From an uncultured Arcanobacterium sp. (GTDB lineage Bacteria > Actinomycetota > Actinomycetes > Actinomycetales > Actinomycetaceae): a DNA stretch of 64,000 nt. This document shows, piece by piece, positions 29,927 through 41,568 of this stretch. The first letter of the stretch is position 1, and each line of letters begins with the position of its first letter. Below the pieces are notes generated by a model that was not told the DNA's origin, did no database searches, and saw nothing but the letters and a program-made list of their open reading frames with translations. The position numbers and the translations under genes were made by a program. The stretch spans positions 508 through 64,507 of the forward strand of contig CAMCHI010000004.1 of the NCBI GenBank assembly GCA_945874735.1, read 5' to 3'.

Positions 29927-30319
29927 ATGCAAATACCAATTGCCAATCCGCAACAAATCGCGCAATACTCACGTAAAGAACTAGGTGCTTGGGGAGAAGC
30001 GCAAGGAGCTGCCTATTTAGAGTCTTTACGTTACGAAATATTGGATAGAAACTGGTTTCATAAAAATGGTGAACTAGACCTGGTGGCTTATGATCCTGGG
30101 AGAGAAGCCTTAGTAGCAGTAGAAGTAAAAACTAGACGTAGTTTGCGCTCTGGGTTACCAGTAGAAGCTGTGACTGCTCATAAAATGCATAGATTACGTG
30201 TCTTGCTCCTAGCTTGGCTGGCGGAAAAAGCACAGCGAGCGCGCAGAATTGAAATTGATGTATTAGCTATTTCAGTACAGCACAATGTGTTAGAGCTAGT
30301 ACATTACAAAGGAATGTGA
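29927..30319 (+). CDS. yraN: YraN/UPF0102 family nuclease-like protein
   Basis: LGAWGE..A..YL, ILDRNW...GELDLVA, VEVKTR; GGAGG SD before ATG at 29927. Confidence 0.9.
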   Translation: MQIPIANPQQIAQYSRKELGAWGEAQGAAYLESLRYEILDRNWFHKNGELDLVAYDPGREALVAVEVKTRRSLRSGLPVEAVTAHKMHRLRVLLLAWLAEKAQRARRIEIDVLAISVQHNVLELVHYKGM

Positions 30320-30320
30320 C

Positions 30321-31853
30321 ATGAGCAAACTAGGGCGAGCTACCACGGTTAGCTTATGGGGTGTGCAGGCTAAACCAGTGATTGTAGAGGTAGCTATATT
30401 AAATGGTTTGCCAAGTTTTAATATCGTTGGTTTGCCAGATACGGCAGTAAATGAGGCGAAAGAAAGGTTGCGGGCAAGTTTTGCGTACACCGATTTAACT
30501 TGGCACACACAGCGAATTACCGTCAATTTATCGCCTGCCGACACAGTTAAAACTGGCTCAGGTTTTGATTTAGCAATTGCGGCAGCACTGATTAGTGCGG
30601 CTGTGGGGAAAAATTTTTCTGCACAGATTGCGATACTCGGGGAGCTGGGTTTAGACGGGAGTGTACGGCAAATATCAGGAGTACTACCTACTGCTTTAGC
30701 TTGTAAAAATATTGGTATTACTGAATTGGTAGTGCCAGCTGCTAACTATTTAGAAGCTAGTCTGGTGAGTGGGATAAAGATTCATCCAGTGAGTCATTTA
30801 GCCCAATTAGCCAAGATGTTGGGAGTATCAGTTAATTCATCTCAAGAGCTAATAATTCCGCAGCCAGCTAATCTGCCTGTGGCTCAGCGCTCTATCAACA
30901 TGAATGAAGTTTATGGGCAAGAAGAAGCAGTATGGGCGTTGCAAGTGGCAGCAGTGGGTAAGCATCATATTCAATTGGTAGGAGCTCCTGGAGTGGGAAA
31001 AAGTATGTTGGCAGAGCGTTTTGCCACCATTTTGCCGCAGGTGAGTGAGCAAGAAGCAGTAGAGATAGCAGCTATTAGCTCGATATTGGGCGAGAAAGTG
31101 GTTAGTTTGCCTAAAGAGCGGCCATTTATTTCTCCGCATCATAGTGCATCAGCTGCTGCATTAATCGGTGGAGGAGCGAAAATACCTAAACCAGGCGCGG
31201 TAACGCGCGCCCATAATGGTGTGCTTTATTGTGATGAATTTCCAGAGTTTAGCCCGAAAGTAGTACAAGCATTAAGACAACCTTTAGAACACGGCTATAT
31301 AGATTTGTATAGAAGCAAAGCTAATGTGCGTTATCCGGCAGATTTTCAGTTAGTGGTAGCGGCAAATCCTTGCCCGTGTGGTTTTGCTTATGATGATGCC
31401 CGGCAATGCAAATGCACAGTGCGGGAAAAAATAAGGTATCAAGCTAGTTTGAGTGGGCCAATTAAAGACAGAATTGATATTTCTTGTGTTTTGCGCCGTC
31501 CGAAACAAGCCCAGTTAGTTAAAGGGAAAAGTGTTGATAGCGAAATTTTGCGAGCCCAAGTAGAAGAAGCAGTGGAACGTAGTCGGTATCGTTTACAGCG
31601 TATAGACGCACCTGTTACACAGATGTTTAATGCGCGGTTATCGGGTAGCTGGTTGCGAAAAAACACGAAGGTCAGTGTAAGTATGCAAAAGTATTTTACC
31701 CAAAATTTGCAGGCAGGTACTTTATCAATGCGTGCTCTGGATAGAGTTTTGCGTTTAAGTTGGAGCATTGCTGATTTGCAAGGAAAAAATATGCCAGATG
31801 ACGATGCGATAGCGGCAGCTTTAGTGCTAAATCAGTCTAAAAAGCAGGTCTAG
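30321..31853 (+). CDS. comM: ComM/YifB Mg-chelatase-like AAA+ ATPase
   Basis: IVGLPDTAVNEAKER, GAPGVGKS, PHHSAS, DEFPEF, AANPCPCG, SGPIKDRID. Confidence 0.92.
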   Translation: MSKLGRATTVSLWGVQAKPVIVEVAILNGLPSFNIVGLPDTAVNEAKERLRASFAYTDLTWHTQRITVNLSPADTVKTGSGFDLAIAAALISAAVGKNFSAQIAILGELGLDGSVRQISGVLPTALACKNIGITELVVPAANYLEASLVSGIKIHPVSHLAQLAKMLGVSVNSSQELIIPQPANLPVAQRSINMNEVYGQEEAVWALQVAAVGKHHIQLVGAPGVGKSMLAERFATILPQVSEQEAVEIAAISSILGEKVVSLPKERPFISPHHSASAAALIGGGAKIPKPGAVTRAHNGVLYCDEFPEFSPKVVQALRQPLEHGYIDLYRSKANVRYPADFQLVVAANPCPCGFAYDDARQCKCTVREKIRYQASLSGPIKDRIDISCVLRRPKQAQLVKGKSVDSEILRAQVEEAVERSRYRLQRIDAPVTQMFNARLSGSWLRKNTKVSVSMQKYFTQNLQAGTLSMRALDRVLRLSWSIADLQGKNMPDDDAIAAALVLNQSKKQV

Positions 31854-31983
31854 GAAGAAAGCCTTGGTTAGGTTTATTGCTTAATTGGTCAAGAGAAATA
31901 AGGGGTTAAAGGAATTTTGGAGAATCTGAGTCAGTATATGACGGGCAGGATATTGGATAGTGATTTTGGGAGAGAAAAATTTA

Positions 31984-33198
31984 ATGGTAGATGTATTAGA
32001 TAAAGAACATATGGGAGCTGTGCAATGGTCGCGTATTACGGAAGCGCAAGACCAAGCGGCAGCTAAGTTTATTAACGCATATGGTTATGCGCAAAGCTGG
32101 CAATTAGTGCAAGCGGATAAACGACCTGGTGATGTAGTGCAAGTAAAAGACTGGCAGAGGTGGCGTAACCGTCTTGCTTATATAACAGATTTTGATTTTT
32201 CCCTGTTAGATAAGTTAGGGATAAGTATTTTGATACCTACGGATACTAACTGGCCTGTTTTATTGGATGATTTAGGTCTAAATAAACCTTTAGTGTTATG
32301 GGTGCGAGGAAATCCGAAAGTGCTTTCGCAACCAGGAATAAGTATAGTGGGCTCTCGTCTTACCAGCACATATGGGGAGAAAATCGCCTTAGATTTTGCT
32401 TATGATCTTTCTGCTCATTACGTGATAGTTTCGGGCGGGGCATACGGAATAGATACCCAAGCTCATAATGGTGCACTACTGGCAGATAATCCTACCGTAA
32501 TCGTATCTGCAGGAGGAGTGGATAATTTTTATCCGGTTAGAAACACTAAAATGTATCAGCAAACTTTAGCAAAAGGCGGAGCAGTTATTAGTGAATCTCC
32601 ATTAGGTAGCACTCCACAACGATACCGTTTTCTTTCTCGCAACCGAATTATTGCCGCTTTAACTAAAGCTACGCTAGTAGTAGAAGCAGGTACTAGATCT
32701 GGAGCATTAAATACTGCGCATCATGCTTTGGAATTAGGGAGGGAAGTGGGGGCAATTCCTGGTGATATTTTTGCACCTACCAGTATTGGAACTAATGAAT
32801 TAATCCGCAATGGAGCAACTTTAGTGACCTCTGTGAGACAAGTGCGAGAATTAGTTGAACCTTTAGGAGAAAACTTATTGCCTTTTGAATTCACGCAGCC
32901 AAGTATTGAAGCAGGCAAGAGGGTAGAGAGTATGGGAGTGTGCAATAGGGAAAGTTCTAATTGGGGTCAGCAAGTAGAGCCTCAACAAAAGCAGAGAATG
33001 GTAAGTTTGGGTGAGGATGAAGCTTGTGAGCGAATATGGGATGTGCTCTCTTTATATAAATATATGGAAACTCCCCACATAGCCGCACTTGCCGGATATG
33101 ATGTGGCTGTAACGCTACAAAAATTAGGTAAACTATTGTTGGATAAACGAGTAATACAGCTAAATGGTTTATGGAAAAAATGTAGAGATAGCGTGTAG
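31984..33198 (+). CDS. dprA: DNA-processing protein DprA
   Basis: IVGSR...YG, IVSGGAYGID, RNRIIAAL, VVEAGTRSGALNTA; C-terminal winged-helix-like region. Start could be 31960. Confidence 0.94.
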   Translation: MVDVLDKEHMGAVQWSRITEAQDQAAAKFINAYGYAQSWQLVQADKRPGDVVQVKDWQRWRNRLAYITDFDFSLLDKLGISILIPTDTNWPVLLDDLGLNKPLVLWVRGNPKVLSQPGISIVGSRLTSTYGEKIALDFAYDLSAHYVIVSGGAYGIDTQAHNGALLADNPTVIVSAGGVDNFYPVRNTKMYQQTLAKGGAVISESPLGSTPQRYRFLSRNRIIAALTKATLVVEAGTRSGALNTAHHALELGREVGAIPGDIFAPTSIGTNELIRNGATLVTSVRQVRELVEPLGENLLPFEFTQPSIEAGKRVESMGVCNRESSNWGQQVEPQQKQRMVSLGEDEACERIWDVLSLYKYMETPHIAALAGYDVAVTLQKLGKLLLDKRVIQLNGLWKKCRDSV

Positions 33199-33224
33199 CT
33201 GAAACGTAATAAATAGAAAGGGCG

Positions 33225-34205
33225 GTGAGGATATTGATACTTAAATCCTCTAATACTGCCTATAGTGTAGATTTGGAAGAACTTTTTACGCAATATCAGC
33301 AAGAATTAGCGATACGGCGAGGTTTTTCAGCGCACACAGTACGCGGATATGTGCGAGAAGCACAGAATTTAATAGATTTTCTCCTGGCGCAAACTGATAG
33401 ACCAGATGAGTTAGCAGAATTTTTACCCCAATTGTCACTTCTAGAGTTGCGTGATTTACGTTTGTGGTTGGCGCAGATAGATACACAATCTCAAGCCCGT
33501 GCTACTATCGCTCGTAAAATAGCGGCAGTACGATATTTTTGCTCTTGGTTACATAAAAATGGTTATACCCATGTTGATGCAGGTGCTCGTTTACAAGCAC
33601 CACGAGTGGAAAATAAACTCCCGCGCGTATTGAATGCTACTCAAGCTCAGACTTTACTGAACTATGCATTACAGCAAGCTGATAGTGGGCAAGTGCAGGC
33701 TGTGCGTAACTGGGCGTTATTAGAAGTGTTATACGGAGCAGGTATTAGAGTAAGTGAATGCGTTGGCTTAAATTTGGGTGACTTACAGGCAGATTTGCTG
33801 CACGTAGTAGGCAAAGGAAACAAAGAACGAGTAGTACCTATCGGTAAACCAGCTCAGCGCGCTTTAACTCAATGGTTAAAAGTTAGGCAAAACTGGTTGT
33901 TAGAGATGAAAAATGAGGCTTTGCTGACGGAAAAAGCCGTTTTTTTAGGGGTAAAAGGTAAAAGAATAGATGTGCGTACCGTGCGTAAAGTTTTAACTCG
34001 CTATTGTGTAGAAGTAGGAGTTCCGGTAATTTCTCCGCACGATTTACGGCATAGCGCCGCCACTCATTTATTGACGGGTGGTTCAGATTTGCGTAGTGTG
34101 CAAGAAATTTTAGGGCATTCTTCTTTAGGCACTACTCAGCGATATACGCATATAACTCCCGACAGGCTACGGGCAGTATTTGGGCAATCTCACCCGCGTG
34201 CTTAA
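33225..34205 (+). CDS. xerC: Tyrosine recombinase XerC
   Basis: Catalytic set present: GIRVSE (R), GKGNKER (K), PHDLRHS (HxxR), LGH, TQRYTH (Y). Chromosomal context between dprA and rpsB. Confidence 0.9.
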   Translation: MRILILKSSNTAYSVDLEELFTQYQQELAIRRGFSAHTVRGYVREAQNLIDFLLAQTDRPDELAEFLPQLSLLELRDLRLWLAQIDTQSQARATIARKIAAVRYFCSWLHKNGYTHVDAGARLQAPRVENKLPRVLNATQAQTLLNYALQQADSGQVQAVRNWALLEVLYGAGIRVSECVGLNLGDLQADLLHVVGKGNKERVVPIGKPAQRALTQWLKVRQNWLLEMKNEALLTEKAVFLGVKGKRIDVRTVRKVLTRYCVEVGVPVISPHDLRHSAATHLLTGGSDLRSVQEILGHSSLGTTQRYTHITPDRLRAVFGQSHPRA

Positions 34206-34230
34206 AGTTGCTATGTAAAGTTATAAGTGT

Positions 34231-34842
34231 CTATTCGATAAGTCGGATAGTTCGCCAACTAAGTAAGTGTATTGGGTTTAGATATTGAGTGGGAGGATAT
34301 TTAACTCCCCAATGTAGACAAGTGGTTTCTGGGCAGTGCCCATCTTCTACTGTGCCAATAAGTTGCCCTTTATTTACTTGCATTCCTTTGGTTAAGTTAG
34401 TTTTTATTGGCTCAAAAGTTAGATGTAAGCCAAGTGAATTTTTTAAGGAAAGTACGAACCTGTCATTTACTTTTCCGGCATAAATCACGGTAGCGTTATC
34501 GGGAGCGAAAATCGACTCCCCGATAGTGGCAGCTAAATCTACACCGCGATGTCCTGGGTCCCAATTGTGTGCGCCTATATAAAAAGGGGTGATTACTTTA
34601 CACTCTTTTAAAGGGCAACGGTATCTTAACGGCGAGTTAGTAAGAGAAATATGCTGCAGTAGGGGAGAATGAAAAACGGTAGCGGGAGGCGTTTCCCTTA
34701 TCTGCAAAGTGTTTGAGGTGAGGGTAGTGCTGGAAAACGCCAGAGCCTGAGTGGGGGCAAAATAGACAAAATTAACCCAGCTTCCCAGTATTGCTACGAT
34801 AATGCAGTTAAAGGTCAATAGGAATCGTATATGATGCTTCAT
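34231..34842 (-). CDS. Secreted M23-family peptidase
   Basis: N-terminal signal/TM; GHRGVD (HxxxD), LHWG (HxH); typical position upstream of rpsB. Confidence 0.8.
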   Translation of the reverse strand: MKHHIRFLLTFNCIIVAILGSWVNFVYFAPTQALAFSSTTLTSNTLQIRETPPATVFHSPLLQHISLTNSPLRYRCPLKECKVITPFYIGAHNWDPGHRGVDLAATIGESIFAPDNATVIYAGKVNDRFVLSLKNSLGLHLTFEPIKTNLTKGMQVNKGQLIGTVEDGHCPETTCLHWGVKYPPTQYLNPIHLLSWRTIRLIE

Positions 34843-35084
34843 ATTTCTTACTTTATGAGAAAAAATAAGCAGAAAATTTTAGCGAGTCTGGTTTGTGGAT
34901 ACTGGATACACTTGGCTAATTGGTGTGCAAACCGGCGAAATAGACGAGGTAAAATTCAGTGGAGTTGGTTATGCCCAAATGCGCCCAGAATATAGATGTT
35001 TGGCTTCACATTATAAAATTACTTAGAAACTAGCGGAAAAGCTGGTTATTTCGATAACATAGAAAGGCTGTAAAAGTTTTACAG

Positions 35085-35234
35085 CTAATTCGCGTGCATT
35101 TACTCAGTCAGAGGTTCAGTGGTTGCGGTCGAGTAAATCGATAACTACTAACGATGCACTAGGCTAATTAGTAATCCGCTAATTAGATTAACCGTATATT
35201 GCAGGAAATACCTGCATGTTTAGAAAGGACGACC
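35085..35234 (+). promoter_or_regulatory. Structured rpsB 5' leader (S2 autoregulatory / t44-like)
   Basis: GTGCAT...ATGCAC enclosing TTTACTC/GAGTAAA; CTAATTAG/CTAATTAG and TGCAGG/CCTGCA hairpins; AGAAAGG SD. S2 leaders are established in many bacteria. Confidence 0.5.
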
Positions 35235-36068
35235 ATGGCAGTCGTTACTATGCGCCAGCTGCTTGAAGCTGGTGTGCACTTTGGTCACCAGACTCGTCGC
35301 TGGAACCCAAAGATGAAGCGTTTCATTCTCAATGATCGTAACGGAATCTACATCATTGACTTGCAGAAGACCGTTGCAGACATCAACCGCACCTACGATT
35401 TCGTAAAGGAAACCGTAGCACACGGTGGCAATATCCTATTTGTAGGTACCAAGCGTCAAGCTCAGCAGCCAATTCGTGAGCAGGCAGAGCGCGTGGGAAT
35501 GCCATATGTGAATGAGCGCTGGTTAGGTGGTATGCTAACCAACTTCCAAACCGTACACGCTCGTATTCAGCGTCTAAAGGAACTAGAACTAATCGATTTT
35601 GACGATGTAGCTGGTTCTGGACGTACTAAGAAAGAACTCTTGATGATGCGTCGCGAGAAGGAAAAGCTAGAGCGTACCCTAGGTGGTATCCGTGATATGG
35701 CTAAAGTTCCTTCCGCTATCTGGATTGTAGATACCAACAAAGAGCACCTTGCAGTGCAAGAAGCTAAGAAGCTAAACATCCCAGTGGTAGCAGTACTAGA
35801 CACCAACTGTGACCCAGATGAAGTAGCATACGGTATCCCAGGAAATGATGATGCTATCCGTTCCATCGAGATTCTTACTCGTATCATTGCTGATGCTGTT
35901 GCAGAAGGTCTTCTTGCACGTGGTGGCGCTAAAGGCGCAAACAATGCAGAAGAACCAATGCCAGAGTGGGAACGTGAACTACTAGCGGGAGATACTGAAG
36001 AAAAGGCTGCTCCAGCAGAAACTTCGGAAGTTGCAGAATCTCCTGAATCTGCAGAAGAAGCAAAGTAA
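35235..36068 (+). CDS. rpsB: 30S ribosomal protein S2
   Basis: [27 protein letters not shown]; SD supports ATG at 35235. Confidence 0.98.
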   Translation: MAVVTMRQLLEAGVHFGHQTRRWNPKMKRFILNDRNGIYIIDLQKTVADINRTYDFVKETVAHGGNILFVGTKRQAQQPIREQAERVGMPYVNERWLGGMLTNFQTVHARIQRLKELELIDFDDVAGSGRTKKELLMMRREKEKLERTLGGIRDMAKVPSAIWIVDTNKEHLAVQEAKKLNIPVVAVLDTNCDPDEVAYGIPGNDDAIRSIEILTRIIADAVAEGLLARGGAKGANNAEEPMPEWERELLAGDTEEKAAPAETSEVAESPESAEEAK

Positions 36069-36099
36069 TTTCTCGATAGCAAGTATTTAAGGAACACAA

Positions 36100-36966
36100 A
36101 TGGCAGATTTTTCCATTGCTGATATTAAGGCTTTGCGCGACAAGACCGGCGCAGGCATGATGGACGTAAAGAACGCGCTCGCAGAAGCTGAAGGTGATAC
36201 CGCTAAGGCTGAAGAGTTGCTTCGCCTTAAGGGTCTTAAGACTGCTGCAAAGCGTGAAGGTCGTTCCGCTACTGCTGGTTTGGTTGCTTCCAAGATCGTT
36301 GATGGCGGAGCAGGCAAGATTGGTTACGTAGTTGAAGTTAATTCGGAAACTGACTTCGTGGCTAAGAACGAGAAGTTCATTGCATTCGCAGAAGAAATTC
36401 TTGACGCAGTAGTAGCAGCGGGTGCTACCACGGTAGAAGCAGCTTTAGCGGCTCCATTAGGTGATATTACGGTAGATGATCACGTAAAGAACTTTACCGG
36501 TATCATCGGTGAAAAGTTAGCTGTGGGTAGAGTGGAAGTGCTAGAGGGTGAATATGTAGAAGCATACATGCACCGCACTTCTCCAGATCTTCCAGCACAG
36601 GTAGCAGTGCTAATTGCTACCGATGCGGCTGGAGCAGGAGTGGCGCATGATGTGGCTATTCACATTGCTGCTATGAATCCTCCATACCTAAGTGAAGCTG
36701 ATGTACCAGCTGAAGTGGTAGAAACCGAACGCCGTATTGCTACTGAACTTACCATTGCTGAAGGTAAGCCAGAGCAGGCTGTGCCAATGATTGTAGAAGG
36801 TCGCTTAAAGGGCTTCTACAAGCAGAACGTACTTTTGGAGCAGGCATACGCCCGCGATCCAAAGCTATCGGTAGCTCAGGTTTTGGTTGAAGCAGGCGCA
36901 ACCGTATCTGGTTTCTCCCGCATTCGCGTAGGTGAAGCTAGTGAAGCAAGCTCTGCAGCAGAATAA
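36100..36966 (+). CDS. tsf: Elongation factor Ts
   Basis: LRDKTGAGMMD, EVNSETDFVAKN. Confidence 0.98.
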   Translation: MADFSIADIKALRDKTGAGMMDVKNALAEAEGDTAKAEELLRLKGLKTAAKREGRSATAGLVASKIVDGGAGKIGYVVEVNSETDFVAKNEKFIAFAEEILDAVVAAGATTVEAALAAPLGDITVDDHVKNFTGIIGEKLAVGRVEVLEGEYVEAYMHRTSPDLPAQVAVLIATDAAGAGVAHDVAIHIAAMNPPYLSEADVPAEVVETERRIATELTIAEGKPEQAVPMIVEGRLKGFYKQNVLLEQAYARDPKLSVAQVLVEAGATVSGFSRIRVGEASEASSAAE

Positions 36967-37001
36967 GTAATACGTTAAATAATTTACTTATTAGCTGTAA
37001 G

Positions 37002-37031
37002 TGATGGGGTAGCCAAGTGGCTGCCCCATCA
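37002..37031 (+). terminator. Hairpin terminator after tsf
   Basis: TGATGGGGTAGCCA-AG-TGGCTGCCCCATCA. Confidence 0.8.
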
Positions 37032-37227
37032 TTGTATATAAGGAAATTTGGTAGGAATACTTAAGTGGTAAATAGGAAAGATTAGGCATAGCTGAGAGTA
37101 AGTAACAATATGTAGGAGTAGGGGTTCGCTACTTACTGCGCATTTTCCATCTTTAGCACCGTCCAGTATGTGAAAAGGTTTGTATCAAATGTTGGTAGAG
37201 GTGGTAAGGGGTGAGGAAAGTCTGTAG

Positions 37228-38685
<1,458 letters not shown>

Positions 38686-38760
38686 GATTATACAACTTAA
38701 TATGGTTGTTACTGATTGGTTAAGGCTTTGCTTTGCCATAGAGTAGCGCAATAAATATTG

Positions 38761-38800
38761 ATAAGGGTAGGGAGTTTGGAATAACTCTCTGCCCTTATTT
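38761..38800 (+). terminator. Intrinsic terminator after guaB1
   Basis: ATAAGGGTAGGGAGTT-TGGAAT-AACTCTCTGCCCTTAT plus T tract. Confidence 0.8.
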
Positions 38801-39022
38801 GTTTGGGTAGAGAGCCAAAGTGGAAAGCCGGTCGTTGAATATGGATTTGGGAATCCTAAATTATTGGTGGTGCTTAAAACTGAATAATAAAACGGAAAAT
38901 AATACCTAGTGTTTTAGTTTATAAGTTTATATAAATTGTTACTTTGTACCTATAGAAAGTGATGGTTGTGCTAGATATAAGGCTAGGGGTAATGGTTTAT
39001 TAATGAAACATTGATTATTGCT

Positions 39023-39041
39023 TTAAGTTAGGGTAGCCTAA
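39023..39041. promoter_or_regulatory. DtxR/IdeR iron-box operator upstream of htaA
   Basis: TTAAGTTAGGGTAGCCTAA matches 16/19 of the TTAGGTTAGGCTAACCTAA consensus and lies upstream of heme-uptake genes. Confidence 0.8.
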
Positions 39042-39144
39042 TTAGTGGTGTAGCTATAACTTTACGGTCAAAGTGACTTATGTAAAGAGTGGCTATAAAT
39101 AGTTGAGTAAGCAATAGGCTTACATCGTATAAGAAAGGATAGCT

Positions 39145-41466
39145 ATGGTTGCTGGATTGAAGCAGCGCATTACAGCTATTGTCTGTGCTTTAGTGCTAGG
39201 AGCAGGTATTGCTCTGGGTGGTGTATCTACCGCTATCGCTACTACCAATAAGCAAATCACCGGTGCAGAAATCACTTGGGGAGTGCGTGATTCTTTCATT
39301 CGTTACCTAAAGAGCCCGATTGCACGTGGTAGCATTACTCCTACTGGAGTAGTGGCGAATGAAGCAGGAAATGCTTGGACTTGGACTAGTGCCACCACTG
39401 GAACTTGGGACCAGAATAATCTTCCTGAACTACAAACCACGGGTTCTATCTATTTTGAGGGACATGACAAGAAATTAGAAATTACTTTCTCTAATCTCAG
39501 TGTGCGTTTTACCCCTGATGGTGGTGTACTTTCTGCTGACGCTCGTGGACGTAAGTTTGTAAGCATTACCGAGCAAGGGCCAATGACTGAGTACGGTCGG
39601 GTAGATTTAGTTAATCTGACGGGCAAGTCGGTGGTGGTAGATGAAAACGCGAATCGCGCTACCATTTCTTTCACTGGAGCTACAGCAACTGAAAAGGCAA
39701 AAGAAGTATTTGTAATGTTGCCAGACAATAACATGGCTATTCCAAGTATTGTAGTTAATCTAGCAAATGAAACTGTGCCTCCAGCTCCACAACCAGAGCC
39801 ACAACCACAGCCACAGCCACAACCACAACCACAGCCAGACCCACAACCACAGCCAGCGACTCCTGAGTTGTGTTCGGCTGCTGCTCCAGCAGACCTAAAT
39901 ACTCTTGAGGGATACTTTAGCTGGATTTTCAAGGAGTCTATGCACACCAAGTTCCCAGCGATGGGATTAAAGCTAGTAGGTTGTGAAGGCGGTTGGACGC
40001 ATAATTTTGCTTGGAATTATCAACTAGAAGCTGGTCAGGTTCTAGACCCTGCTCAACCAACTGGTACTTTGCAGTTCAAGGGTGTTTCTCGTTTGTACGG
40101 GCACGGGGGAGCAGTGGACGTTACCATTACCAACCCAACTATTACTTTTAACGCAGACGGTACCGCTACTATGGGTGTAACTGCTTCGGGTACTTTGGCA
40201 GGTATTAGCCGTACTGAAAAGCAACCAGCTACAGTGATTAAGGATTACGTGAAGCTCAGCGGTATTACCTACACGGTAGAAAACGGCAAAGTTACCTTAG
40301 CAGCTCAAGAAGTTACCGCTTTGGCTGGAGCTGGCAAGGTGTGGGGTAATCACTACCCAGTTGGTACGCAGTTAGCTCCATTTACGGCTATAGTGCCAGC
40401 TGCTCCTACCAGCAACCCACAGCCAGTAGAATCAGATACTTCTGCACCAGTAGTAGTTAAGCAGCTTAGCGTTAGTAAGTCTGAAGTTAAGCTAGGAGAA
40501 ACTATTACTTTCACTGCTACCGGTTTCCAGCCAGGTGAAGAAGTAGTATTTGAAGTACATTCTGAGGTGGTTCGTCTAGCTCCAGTGCTAGCAGATCCTA
40601 CCGGAGTGGCACGAGTAAATTGGACAGTACCTGCTACTTTCTCGTTAGGTGCGCATACGGTAAAGATTCCAGCTGCTGGTTTAGAAAAGGCAATCAAAGT
40701 AGTAGCTGCTCCTGCACCTGCTCCGGTAGCTCCTAAGTGTGAACCTCGTGAAAGCTACCGTGTAGCTACTGCGGGTGCATTAACTTGGGGATTGCGTGAT
40801 TCTTTCACTACTTATGTGCGTGGAGGAATTGCTAAGGGAAGCATGACTCCAAGTGGCGGCGCGAGCTGGAATGGTAGCGATTTTGTATTCCCAGTAATTG
40901 GTGGAAATTACGATACTGTTACCAAGACTGGACGTATATACTACGGTGGCACAGTAGCTTTTAGCGGTCATGAAGGAGTGCTAAACACGGTTATTAGTAA
41001 CCCAAGTTTACATATTAACGGCAACAGTGCTGCTCTTTACCTCACGGTACGTTCTAACGATACTTTCGGCAAGCAGGTAATTAACAGTACAGTACATTTT
41101 GCCAATGTAAGTTTGACTGGCGTAACTGCATCGGCAGGTAGCCTACAGTTTGGTTCTGCTGCAGTAACGCTTACGGCTGCTGGTGCGCAGGCTTTTGCTG
41201 GCTTCTACAGTGCTGGTGAGCCTTTAGATCTGCTTTCTGGTAATACTGCACTCAAGGCTGGACAGATCTGTAATGAAAAGGGCGAGCTGGTTACGCTAGA
41301 TGCTTTCGGTAACGTAACCGTAGGTGATGCTGGAAAGGCAATTGCTAACGGAGAACTAGCACACACTGGTAGCTCTGCTGAAACTGTATCGGTAGTGGCA
41401 CTATCGGCAGTATTAGCTGGACTTATTGCTGTACGTTCGCGTAAGCGTCATGCGCAAGTACGGTAA
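39145..41466 (+). CDS. htaA: Surface heme-binding protein with three HtaA-like domains, PQ linker, Ig-like domain and sortase signal (LAHTG)
   Basis: Signal peptide; WGVRDSFIRY...F.GH and WGLRDSFTTY...FSGH...FAGFYSAG HtaA motifs; LAHTG at 41356-41370 followed by hydrophobic stretch and RSRKR tail. Confidence 0.88.
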   Translation: MVAGLKQRITAIVCALVLGAGIALGGVSTAIATTNKQITGAEITWGVRDSFIRYLKSPIARGSITPTGVVANEAGNAWTWTSATTGTWDQNNLPELQTTGSIYFEGHDKKLEITFSNLSVRFTPDGGVLSADARGRKFVSITEQGPMTEYGRVDLVNLTGKSVVVDENANRATISFTGATATEKAKEVFVMLPDNNMAIPSIVVNLANETVPPAPQPEPQPQPQPQPQPQPDPQPQPATPELCSAAAPADLNTLEGYFSWIFKESMHTKFPAMGLKLVGCEGGWTHNFAWNYQLEAGQVLDPAQPTGTLQFKGVSRLYGHGGAVDVTITNPTITFNADGTATMGVTASGTLAGISRTEKQPATVIKDYVKLSGITYTVENGKVTLAAQEVTALAGAGKVWGNHYPVGTQLAPFTAIVPAAPTSNPQPVESDTSAPVVVKQLSVSKSEVKLGETITFTATGFQPGEEVVFEVHSEVVRLAPVLADPTGVARVNWTVPATFSLGAHTVKIPAAGLEKAIKVVAAPAPAPVAPKCEPRESYRVATAGALTWGLRDSFTTYVRGGIAKGSMTPSGGASWNGSDFVFPVIGGNYDTVTKTGRIYYGGTVAFSGHEGVLNTVISNPSLHINGNSAALYLTVRSNDTFGKQVINSTVHFANVSLTGVTASAGSLQFGSAAVTLTAAGAQAFAGFYSAGEPLDLLSGNTALKAGQICNEKGELVTLDAFGNVTVGDAGKAIANGELAHTGSSAETVSVVALSAVLAGLIAVRSRKRHAQVR
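39781..39858 (+). repeat. In-frame hexamer repeat (CCA-NNN)x13 encoding a Pro-Gln linker
   Basis: PA PQ PE PQ PQ PQ PQ PQ PQ PD PQ PQ PA. Confidence 0.95.
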
Positions 41467-41533
41467 TAATCTAAAATAACGGCTACGTAATCTTCCGCCG
41501 CGTAGTTCGTTAGCCCATGTTGTATGGGGTGTA

Positions 41534-41568
41534 GTCGGCTAGGTGGGGCTATAAACCACCTAGCCGAC
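41534..41568 (+). terminator. 13-bp hairpin between htaA and hmuT, lacking a U tract
   Basis: GTCGGCTAGGTGG...CCACCTAGCCGAC. Confidence 0.6.

Noticed and set aside
33225-34205. Tyrosine recombinase as a possible phage or island integrase
   Set aside because: The dprA-xerC-M23-rpsB context is the standard chromosomal XerC position, and no att repeats or phage genes are nearby.
34894-34909. DnaA-box-like TGTGGATAC with tandem TGGATAC upstream of the M23 gene, and TGTGCACAG/GTACACAG upstream of yraN (29830-29866)
   Set aside because: Isolated imperfect matches with no cluster or DUE; too weak to call oriC or a shared operator without a genome-wide scan.
39450-39950. Minus-strand 166-aa ORF with a (GC)n Cys-Gly run that looks like a metallothionein
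   Set aside because: It is the antisense shadow of the CCACAR Pro-Gln repeat inside htaA.
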